Positions 12,479-23,800 of a stretch of DNA of 64,000 nucleotides are shown here, piece by piece. The stretch is from positions 8,370,001 through 8,434,000 of the forward strand of contig NC_135761.1 of the NCBI RefSeq assembly GCF_052425735.1. The letters run 5' to 3'. The notes below the pieces were generated by a model that saw only the letters and a list, made by a program, of their open reading frames with translations, had not been told where the DNA came from and did no database searches. Origin of the DNA: Oculina patagonica. Its lineage: Eukaryota. The position numbers and the translations under genes were made by a program. Position 1 is the stretch's first letter, and each line of letters starts with the position of its first letter.

Positions 12479-14542
12479 TAAATTTCTGCTCGGAACCACA
12501 ATTTAAAATAGGAAACCTGGCAGAGATACGAAACCACAGAACATCTCTGAATTTGTCCTTTGTGCCATTTGAATGAAACTGAACACGTGTTGCACTTTGT
12601 ACTCAGTTTTATGTCACCTTCAAGTCCAAAATTCATTTACGTTTTGTCTGCAGATAAACAACTGCCAGTATCCATATTTTATGGATTATGTACAGAAATG
12701 CGTCATTGAGTATTAGATTCTTGTAATTCAGTTTATTTTAATTTACGTGTATTAAATTATTGAATTTAAGGTAATGCAATGTATTTATTTGTTGTTGTTA
12801 TTGTCGTAGTCTTTGCAATCAAGGGACTTCTAAGGAGGCAGTATAGCCAAGGTAGCCAGCAATCTAGGGAGCTAGTTTAAACTGTTTGCAGCGAGCTGTA
12901 CATCATCGACTATCGACTACCCACTTCTCAAATTCAAGTACGGGTCTGGATGGTCAAAATTTAGAATATCAGCTGAAAACTGACGCGTTTTTAACTGATA
13001 GCTGAGTTATCAGATCTGCAAAATTTACTGATAGCCGAGAAATGGGTTGAAATTTTATCAGATAGCTGAGAAATCGCTGAAAATTTAACTGATAAGCGAG
13101 GTTCCAGCACCCCCATGCAGACTGATGGGTCAAGCTCGGACAAGACTGGTGAAATAAATTTGCGGTGCCATTTCTGATCAGAATCTGTTAATGGGATTTT
13201 AGACGGCTAGTCAGAAAAGCCACTTTGGGCTTTAAAGAAAATAACCTGAAAATATTTTTATAAACGCAAGGTCGCAATAAGCCCCCGGATTACCGGGTAG
13301 ATCTATAGAAGTGCCCGGACGTCTGTAAATTCGCGGTGGGCGGGCGAGATAATTCTGGGCGTGCATGCTATTTTATATGAGAAGTAAATGCCTTCTTTTT
13401 TTTTTGGGATTGCTCAACTGTTCGCTGTTCAGTGATAAAAAAACAAATGAAACGTTTGATATTCTATCAAATCAATTGCAAAGAATGTGCATAAAAACCA
13501 TTGCGACGGAATTTCAACACAAAAACCGAGGTCAAAAAAGATGCTTACTTTGGAGTTTTGATACAGATAGGCATCTACATAGCAAAGAATGACAAGAACA
13601 GACGTGGTGTAATGAAAGGAGACCCTTTCCATGCAGACATAAATTTAATTTGCCGTTTTTATATGTAAGACAGAATCTTATAAGGACGCGAGGTCTTTCG
13701 AGTTCAGCTGTAATTGAGCGTTGTTCCTTTAAAAGAGTTGAAACTGAATGAGGAATAAGATAAAGATCCTCGGATAAAAACACCTAATGAGAAATTTCCT
13801 GTGCAATTCTAGCTTGCAATCAGACTTTCACCTCTCATATTAATTCCTTTAACAGGGAATTTCCGGGGTTACTAAATTTATTTCCGTGACATTTAAATCA
13901 AAACGGATAAAAATATTTTTCAAGGCTTTTAAGAAGGGCGGTAAACCGCCCTAAACTTTACTGAACAATGTAATTTATTCCGGCTCCTTTTACTCCAACG
14001 TGCGTTAAGCTGGTTAGTTAAAATACTGTTTCGGACAGGGAAAGGCTGTTCTACGGCAGCTATTAAAAGTTCCCGCAATTACTGATACATTAAAAAACGT
14101 TTCCATAACAGTACATCACTAAACGGAGGTAAATACTTGTTTGAGTGCGTGTGAAGAGAGGTACCTTGAAGTGGAATCATTTTTCAAGGAATTTCAAATA
14201 TTGAATTGTGCAACTGACTTGTTAAGAAGAATTAAGTCTGCGTTGTTATTCAATGTACTTATACTTAAAAAATGCAGCTTCATTCAGCGCCTTTTTTCAC
14301 AAAATCTAAGCGGCAGCCCAGAGAAAACATCACGTGGTAGACTATGAGGCGCTTCGGAGCTCTTAAGGTGTATTGCTGATACTGAATTAGCTTTAATCGG
14401 CTTTCTGAGTCACGCGAAGAAATGAGGAAAGCATTGAGATTAGCTTACGCTGCATTTGAAATTTTCTTTCTGGAAATTGTACTATAAGAACTTCCCAATT
14501 TTAACATATTTCATTTTTCATGCATTGCCCCTCGACTCTTGC

Positions 14543-14582
14543 GACTCGACTCGACTCGACTCGACTCGACTCGACTCGACTC
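14543..14582. repeat. (GACTC)n microsatellite
   Basis: About 8 tandem GACTC units. Confidence 0.9.
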
Positions 14583-14971
14583 TGTCTTGTGATGGTTAGT
14601 CCGGCAGAAATGTCTGGTCGCGCATAAACACCGATTTCAAACGAACGCCTTTTCCACAAATCAGAGTCGAAAAATCGATTTAGGAATTATAAGAAGATCT
14701 TGAATTATCGAGAGGCGTATAGCGATATGGCTTTATTTGGGTAAGGTGGGTGATGCCAATTTAGGGCGTTTTATGAAACTGCAAACAGGCATGTGTCACT
14801 GCTTGAGTGGAATCCACCTTATGATCAGCTATCTTTGTATCTATGCCTATTTAATAGCCCCCCGGGGGGTTTTTTTTTTTTTTGCCCCCCCCCCCTGCGC
14901 CCCCCCCCCCCCCTTAATAGCTAGGGTGGCGACTTCCATAAGCGTATAAAGTGTAAGAGGTACCAGAAACC

Positions 14972-15428
14972 CAGCCTGCGTATTGAGCTGGTGATTTCGT
15001 TAGCGCAAAACGTAGACTGCAAAACAGTCGTTTTTTCTTTGAAGTCGTTGAAAAATAATTCTAAAGTCGTTGAAAAAAGCGCTTATCAAAGGCGCGAAGC
15101 GCCGAACATTGGAACATTGAGGCGCGAAGCACCGATCGTCTCGCGAGCCTCTCCCCAGTCTCACTCACAGTTTTGACATTGGATCCAGACCTCTCGCTCT
15201 CGTACTAAGACCGAGCGCATTCACAAAAAGTACGAGTGTTTTTCAGTCTACGCAAAACGAGGCAAGCACGAGGCCACGAGGGGTGAAGCCGCGAGAGGAA
15301 CACTCCCGCCATCCTATTCCCCTTGCCTGCTCGCGGCTTTTCTCTCCTTCAAGGCATTTCCCTCCACCGCCCGTTTCTGTCTCTACTCGTTTAATTTGCG
15401 CCAACGAAACGACCAACTTCGCAGACTT
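14972..15428. mobile_element. Older MITE (14972-15428) containing a younger TAG-terminated MITE (15013-15250) with 9-bp TSD
   Basis: Inner element TAGACTGCAAAAC...GTTTTTCAGTCTA with CGCAAAACG on both sides. Outer element has degenerate TIRs and a partial CCAGAA TSD. Confidence 0.7.
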
Positions 15429-15704
15429 CCAGAATTCTGATTTACAGCGTACATGCAGGGTTGGCTGAAATTCGTTTTTACGCCTAAGAGGTATCCGTTC
15501 CATTACAAGGCATGCTGAACTGAAGGACATCAAAATGCGCTCTTTAAACCCTAAACTGAAAGTTCCACTTTACTGAATGTTTCCTGCTATTTTCGCCATA
15601 CTAGACTGAATTCAGTTCTTACATTGCAAACAAATTACAAAAGTGGCCTAAACTGCGGATAGTGTTCATGTAAGAAGACGGAAAGATTAGATCACGTTTT
15701 TAAA

Positions 15705-18700
15705 CTAAAATCCCGAATCATAAATACTCTTGATGTGTCTTGAGTATTTTGTAGGCGCCGTCAGCCAGTTGTTAGCGATCCATTTCTCTCCATTAATGAC
15801 GTCACATCCGCCGTGAAGCGAGTAGCGGTCCACGGATCCTAAAAGACCGCTGTCCGGGTCGATAAAGTTGTTGTACCACATGATGGCGGTGCCTTTCTTG
15901 GGAGGGACAACAAGATTTGCCAGTTGACAGTTTACGCTCAAGTTGAATTCGTCTGTTGTAGCGTTGGGGCTTTCCAGCTCCTGTGTGAACAAGAATTTTG
16001 TTAAACCTGATTTAGGAATTCAAGTTCTCCTAGCTAGAGTGGTTTCACTTGGGTGTCGAAAGTAATTCACGTTTTGCATTACCAACCTCTCAGTGCGATC
16101 AGTTTAAAAAACTCGCCCTAAACTTTCTCAACCAGTCACAAGCAAAACCATTAAGGTCTCCGCACACGTGGGGACAAGAAGGGGTCATGCCGCAGCGACA
16201 TTAAGCAGCGACAAAACATTGTGTTGTTCACACTGAGGGGACATGTAACAGGGACTTGTATCGGGGACATGTAGCAGCAACAAGAACACAATATGTACAC
16301 ATGCAAGAAAATGTAGCGGGGAAATATGTCGCAGCGACACGTCTCCCTCTTGTGTAGAACCTCATTCCTAGGAACAAAATGTGGCAGGAATTCGTGTTTT
16401 CAGGCATGAGCCAAACACAATCAGTACACACAAGGGGGACGTGTCGCTGTGACATGTCCATAGGTCATGTTCCCGCTACATTTCCTTGAGTGTGTACATA
16501 TTGTGATTTTGTTGCTGCTACATGTTCCCGATACACTCCCTGCTTTATGTCCCTTCAGTGTGACCAACACATGATTTTGTCGCTGCTACATGTCGCTGCG
16601 GTATGTCCTTGCGTCTTGTCCCCACGTGTGCAGAGAGCATGGAGACCTTTACTCACTCAAAAAAATCGCTTTCACACGTTTTCCTGCGCTTCGCGCCGGT
16701 TACATGTACAGTTTTTGCTTTGAGTTTGATTGGCTCACTGGATTGTCTGTGTCCTTTGGGATTGGCCAGACTGATTATGCTATTTTTGGCCTGAATGAGT
16801 CTGTGAACTAACTGTGGCTAAAACACTAAACTGAGTAGGTTTTGTTTAAAATATGTCATATGATAGCTCTAGAAAACAGAGGTTTCTTGTCGCGCTTTCA
16901 TTTCCATCAACCGTGAGAGTTGAGTAAGATTGAATTGAGGCGAAAAATTCCTGATGCCTTTGAGCACTGAAATTGGTGTTAGTTATAATCCAGCAACAGT
17001 CATGCAGTTAGACACTTAAGTCGCCTTACAGATCTCTGTATTGCAACGTCTTTAGTGTGAAGTGTTTTGTCAAGGTGATATTTGTTCGCCGGTTTACAAA
17101 TGGCGCACTCGAACTTGTGCGTTAAATCAATAAACTTACTCACCTCTGGTGTGATTGTGGTGTTGTCTGCTATCAGGAAGGCTGTCTCTCCTCCTTCTTC
17201 AACGTCGTTAAGGTAATACAGTATCGTTACAAATCTGTAAATAAAATATTTTGCCAGTTCAAATTGAAGTACTTGTGAATATGGTTGAAAAAACCCCCTC
17301 CAATTTTGGCGATTCACCACCAATATAGAATATAGTAAACGTTTGTTTGTATTGACCAGTTTTTGTTTGTTTGTGCTGTTTCTGGTTTGACTTCGCAATA
17401 GCTAGCTAGCTTTATTTTTTCTTGGAAACTAAAGGAGTTGTTGACAGTCTGTCCCTGATTGAATACAACGGTCGCGTCAAGAAAAAGCGCACATTCACTT
17501 TGTCCCTCCTGTAGGGTTTAAGCTCCGTGTGGATCGTATTTACCTCCATCAATTTTACTTCGTTCATGAAAAATGAATTTGGAATTATTACTGATGGAAT
17601 ATTGCAAAAATTGAAAGCTAATATATATAAGGTTAAGCGCGCGTTCATATATAGTCTGCATGGAATTCTTATAGTAACATAGAAATCTCTAAAGAAATTT
17701 CGTGTGACTGTGTAGCGCATATAACTAGTGAATTGAAAACGATAATTAAAATGAAAAATGCGCTTGATGGAAGTATAATGTTTCCATACGTTTCGGGGCT
17801 ACTGCCCCTTCTTCAGTGGAAAATGTGAATGCCATCTTCAGACACAGGCGGCCCAAGCTCACAATTAGAGGAGTTAAAATATTTAACATAATCTCTTTTG
17901 TAACCGTATGCGAAACGTGACTCTCGACCGGCAGCATATGGAGGTGTTGTGTTACAACGGTTCTCATTTATAAAGGTTTGTATGGGAGAATACGCTTTCG
18001 AATTTATAGCTAAATATAATGAGATTTTGACAATAAAATCAACTTACCTCAATGTCCTGTCGTTATGTCTGTTGTTATCTCGGTTCTCAGGCCGATCCGA
18101 GGCGTTTTAAGCGAGTTATGCAATTTTTGGTTTCCACTGCTAAGAAGAAGTAGCAGTAGACAGGACATTGAGGTAAGTTGATTTTATTGTCAAAATCTCA
18201 TTATATTTAGCTATAAATTCGAAAGCGTATTCTCCCATACAAACCCTTATAAATGAGAACCGTTGTAACACAACACCTCCATATGCTGCCGGTCGAGAGT
18301 CACGTTTCGCATACGGTTACAAAAGAGAATTATGTTAAATATTTTAACTCCTCTAATTGTGAGCTTGGGCCGCCTGTGCTTCAGATAGCAGATGGAATTC
18401 TTATCCCTGGCATTTGCTCACGTCCTGCTTGTGCCGTAATCTCGTTTCCAGAGTCTGTGCGTTTTCCGGTCAGCGGTGACCAAACGCCCAACGGGCAACG
18501 GGTCTGGGCGATTCAAACCAGGAATTCTTGCTCCGGTTTGATTTGGCCGTATTTTGGTGGGCTTTTCAGTCTAGTCCAGAGTTCTCGATTCTTAGTGCTG
18601 ACCAAAAGGATCGCGGACTCTGGGGACGCGATTGCTGGTGCCGCTACGTTTTGCATGCGCATACGTGGATGAGTTAAATCAGTACCTGCACACCCGACAT

Positions 18701-20832
18701 TCGGGCTTCTGAAAGTGATTCTGGTGACAGCAAGGAATTGTGGGTTTTTCAAAAGGGTTGGAGTCCAGATGGCCGTGGTAATGCCCAAACTGGTCATATT
18801 GAACAACCTGCAAAACACATCACATTTCATCATAATTCTCATCATATCGCATCCTAGGTCTTGTAACGGTTGATACCATAAAATAATTTTATACATGATA
18901 AAAACTTCCGTTTTGCATTGTCAAACGGTCCGGCATGCAGCGAGAATACACTTAAGGGTGGTTACCAGTTAGGAGAAATACTATTTTGATCTTAGTTGCA
19001 GAATAGCTCATTCACTACTAAAGCTTGTATTGCGATGATTTAAAAATTAGCAGGTTAGCGTTATCGACGAGAGTCTTTAGAAAGTTTTTTGTCCTACCTG
19101 CATCCACTCGCTTCCTTGAATCAGTTTTCTCGGCAACTGAGTCAACCTGGTGATTCTGCAGCAAAAGCGATAGAGATTAGATTGGAATCAGCATAGTACC
19201 GTTTATGCGAGCGTTTCCTTTTTGGTCACTTTCATTTTGGCGCAAATATGATGATGTCACTGAATAACCTCCCCAGGCCCTAACTTGCATTTCGCGTTTG
19301 TCTGCGAGACAAAGGCATCGCCTAGGGATTTGGATTCAAATACCGTTTGCAGACTAAGTTTTCACCTCACGTTACTAGTTGCAGTCTTTTAAAAAAAAAC
19401 CAACAGTTCAAGTTCTCGCGCCATGGCTACTTAGTTCCGTTAGTCAACGCCATTTTGGATTTACGTAGGCAAATTTAAATATTCCAGGCTGCCGTTTTCA
19501 AGATTTACACCCACTTTCAGTGTAAACGTGCGTAACTTTCTTTCTACATCCATCGTTCAACATCATCTTCGACATTGTCTTTCGACGTGCTGTTTAAAAT
19601 GAGCCAATCAAAATCAATACATACCGGTGTTGGTCTTACCATACAGCGGTCAAACGCAGCGCGCGTGCGCAGTTTCTGTGTAATTCCCGCCAAAATTTTC
19701 CATACAAAGTCTTAAATTTTCCGATAACTTTCGCTTTAAAGCCAAAAGTTAACGCCGTCCCTGGAAAGTTAAGGTTTATACGCCGCTTATGGATTGGAAA
19801 TTTGATAATTCATCTTCACTGAGTGTCCCAGCTTGAACTGTTCTTTCACCGTACTATTTCTTTAACAATTTCTTACAAAAGTTTGCCCACTTTCAAGTCG
19901 AAAGTTCGAGGCGGCGAAGACCGGATGTGACGTCAATTTTTGCGTTTGACCGCTGTGTGTGGTCTTACCCACACAGCGGTCAAACGCAAAAATGACGTCA
20001 CCTCCGGTTTTCGGCGCCTCGAACTTTTCTGAGAATTTGTCTCGAAAGTGTGCAAACTTTTGTATGAAATTGTTAAAGAAATGGTACGGTGAAAGAACAG
20101 TTCAAGCTGGGACACTCAGTGGAGATGAATTATCAAATTTCCAATCCATAAGCGGCGTATAAACCTTAACTTTCCAGGGACGGCGTTAACTTTTGGCTTT
20201 AAAGCGAAAGTTTTCGGAAAATTTAAGACTTTGTATGGAAAATTTTTGGCGGCAATTACACATGAACTGCGCACGCGCGCTGCGTTTGACCGCTGTGTGG
20301 GTCTTACCTTTCGAGTAGGCGTCTTAAAATTGGGTCAGCGTTCTTGTCCTGTCGTAACCAGGCCTGCTGGCTGTACCGGGGCCTGTGGCGAGGACTTTTT
20401 TCTTTCAAGAAATCCATGTACCACAGGATCTTTTTTATGTTGATTTTAGCAAATGCTTCACGACTTAGTTTACCTGTACGATGGATCATAGGAAGAAAGG
20501 TGAATAATAGTTTGAGAAATCAGTTACAGACCTTTATCGCTAAGGGGCTACAGTTTTTATGGTGCATTTCAAAAAAGTCTACATTTTTGGAATCTGTTTT
20601 GTTTATTTATTATATACTCAGTAACTTGTTTAAAAAAATGTTTTTTTTTGCTTACCATCTTGGAGATTTTCAGATAATTCCAGACGCTGAAACCTTAATC
20701 AAAAGCAAAACATACATTATGGTCAATTTACGCTATGGGTGTTAAAAAGAAAGAACAAAACATTCCGTTAACAATATTATGATCTCAACTCCGCCCTCCC
20801 CCAAAAATATTCATTTGGTGTTGTTAGTGATC

Positions 20833-20879
<47 letters not shown>

Positions 20880-23800
20880 AAGGAGGAGGAAAAGGAGGAG
20901 GATTATAAAGAAATAAAATTGCGAGAATGAGCAATCCCCGCCCATCCACACCGCCGCCAAACGGTAGATTGGCGGAGAAGGAGGCAAGTTGTATCTTACT
21001 CACTTTGCATTTTTCCCATGCAACTTTTTTTTAGTCCCCGTATTTTTATGATCCAATTTTTCCTACGGTCTGAGGGGATTTAACATACTTTGATATTGGA
21101 CGATGTTTTTCTTAGCTAAGTAGTACTCACATTCCGGGAACTTCATCCTCCCTCATGAATAGAAGTTTGCGTTTTTGGGCGAAGTGTCTCACCTGAAAAT
21201 AAAGCAATCACACAGGAGTAAACACAAAGAAATCTGGAAGATATGAAAATAGCTAAAAGCCTTATTTTTCGCATGCCAAGCACATGAATGTATTTTGTGT
21301 TTTATATACGTACCTCATTTGCGTCGATAAATCCATCATTATTGACATCCCAAACGAAAAATCCTTTAGCGAATCGCTCATCGTGATCCAGCGTCCAGTT
21401 TCCATCTATAATCAAGTTTAAATAGTAAACATTAAGCTACTTACTCAATTCGGAACTCTGTACCAGAAAGAGTAAAGCGTTTTGTTGAGCCTACTTGCTC
21501 AACATAATTATCTCCCATTTTCGTTGCATCTCGGGCAAATTAAGGCATGGGTCAACAGTTACTTCCCTCAAAAAAAGTGAGGGGGTGGTCTAACTTCTAA
21601 GGCGTTGTTCATTACAACATAAAATTGTAGTTGACAGATGAGTCTCCAACAGTGATGATTTTTTGACATGTCGAAGTTATGCAAATTAGGTCACGTGACT
21701 TAATACGCTAAATAATCGTAGAAAATCTTTAAGCGAAATTGGGAACAGTTTATAGCAAGAGAAATTCAATTTGAATGGTACAAGACAAGTCCTAATAGTA
21801 ACAGCAAGGAAACTGTGCTTGGCAATTATTGAATATTTGATTGATTTTGGAAATAAACAGCTTTTTATACTAGTACCCAGTCTCCCAGTAAAAGTGTTCT
21901 GTCTTTTGTAACGTTTCCTTTGAAATATTTTAACATTTCCAAGCACAGAAACAATGTACCTAATCGCCTTAAAGTTAAAAAACTGACAGCAATTTTAAGG
22001 AAGCAGGAAAAAGTGTTCCCGTTTTACGTAAGGTTTTTTTTGCGCCTTAAGAGGTCACGTGACCTAATTTGCATATTTTAGACATGCTAAAATGAAAACA
22101 ATTGATAATCCATGGTTCTGGGAAAGTTTCATGCTGCTACAACTAAAGCTTCAAGAGAAAGACTACCCCCTCACTTTCTGGGCGAATATCGAGAGGCCCA
22201 TGCCTTAATTTGCTTGAGATGAAGCAACCCTGGTTATCCACAATATGGTTGTCCTTTGAAGCCTAGACCACTAAAAGTCCCTTAGGGTTTTTCTCATGCA
22301 GAGTCAGTCAAGTGAGCGAACGAGCGAGCGACTGCTCGTAGTCTAATTGTAGCCTAATTTTAATCGCACTCCGGCTCCTCACTCTATATTTTTCCTTATT
22401 GTAGCTGCACCTTTCCCCACCCCCGTTCCCGAATTTTGTCGGGGCTACCCTGATAATTCGCGCGTGCTCATTAATATCCAGTCCTGCCGGAGTGGATAGA
22501 AGCACTGTGAGACTAAAGCGTCCCGGTCTGGCCGGCCAAGGACACAACGTAAAAACCCTAGACGTCAAGATGACGGAGGTATAAATGACAACTGTCAGAC
22601 AAGACTCGAGTCGCTGTTGTCATTATTATTTATGAAAAAGCACGTTAATTAGCTCAAAAACGTTTTTACCGGCTTCTCTCATGTCCTCGTCCAAGTCCCC
22701 TTCATACGCGGCTACATCAAAGCCCGCTATACTCATGGCGAGACCGCTTTCCTTTGCCAGTGAAATGACATGCTCACACTCCTCATCAGACAAGAATCGG
22801 GGAATTTCTGTTTTAAAGAAATATCAATTTTGAGTCAAAATTAAAAAAAATTAAAAAAGGACGAATTTGTTTTGTCACAATATAGGACATTTCTTGTCCT
22901 TTCAGATTTTAACTCATGTTATCAAAACATGAAGAAGGCTTTTTAAAGTACAAATATTTGAGTATTCAGAACACTAACACTCATAATAAACAAGCAAAAC
23001 AATTAAGCAAAGAAACAGAGACAATTGTTGAACTGGGTTTTTTGCCTAAGGATACGTTTCTTTTTAAAAAAAAAGATATAAAAAAATTCCAGGTAAAGGG
23101 TATGCGTTTAAACAAATAATTGATGCTTTTTATCAATGCATCTCACCAAATAGCAGAGGCTTCATGGCTCTAGTGATCATCTGATATTTTCTCCCTTCCT
23201 CCAATTCCACCCATCTCACGTGACCAGTCTATAAATAAATAATACCACGAGATCACAAGTTGAAATAGCGTTCTTCTGGTTGTTGCTCAGACGTGCGTGT
23301 GTGTCTTATGTGCGATCATTGCGTACTTGTTAGCAAAAAATTAATTAGATTTTTTATCCCAAAGACTTAGTCATCTAGTTAGTTACAATTATTCCCCGCA
23401 GTGGAGGCAGCTAGTGATGCCATGTCGCCATCTTCTCTCTTCTTCTTCCCATACTACCTTTCGGTCTCGTCGCGTGAACTTTTGTGCTTTTTTTCCGGCA
23501 ACGTTTTTTGAATTAGCTGTATATGAATCAAATCATGCACGCACCGAAAAACGTGATTAAAAAGATAGTTATCAAAGCCTCATAGTGGCTAGGTTAGTGT
23601 CAACATATCGGTAACCAAAATTGATTGCGAATGAAATTAAAAGTGTGTTGGTACAAAGATTACAACATTCAATCACGAAAACTTCTTAATGGTCTAAAAT
23701 GCATTTCGATTTTAATAATTAAGCTTAGAACAATTTACGAAATGAAATAGAGAAAAGAGGCTTTCGAACAGTAGTATTAAGTACATTTTTATCTTTACAT

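Larger units (their letters stand above)
17673..18391 (-). mobile_element. Short Penelope-like non-autonomous insertion carrying a hammerhead, interrupted by a P-like MITE
   Basis: 13-bp direct repeat ATGGAATTCTTAT at 17660-17672 and 18392-18404 flanks the hammerhead and the nested MITE. Confidence 0.65.

Noticed and set aside
17746-18672. Two ORFs starting MRTVVTQHLHMLP on opposite strands
   Set aside because: They are the two arms of the P-like foldback TIR.
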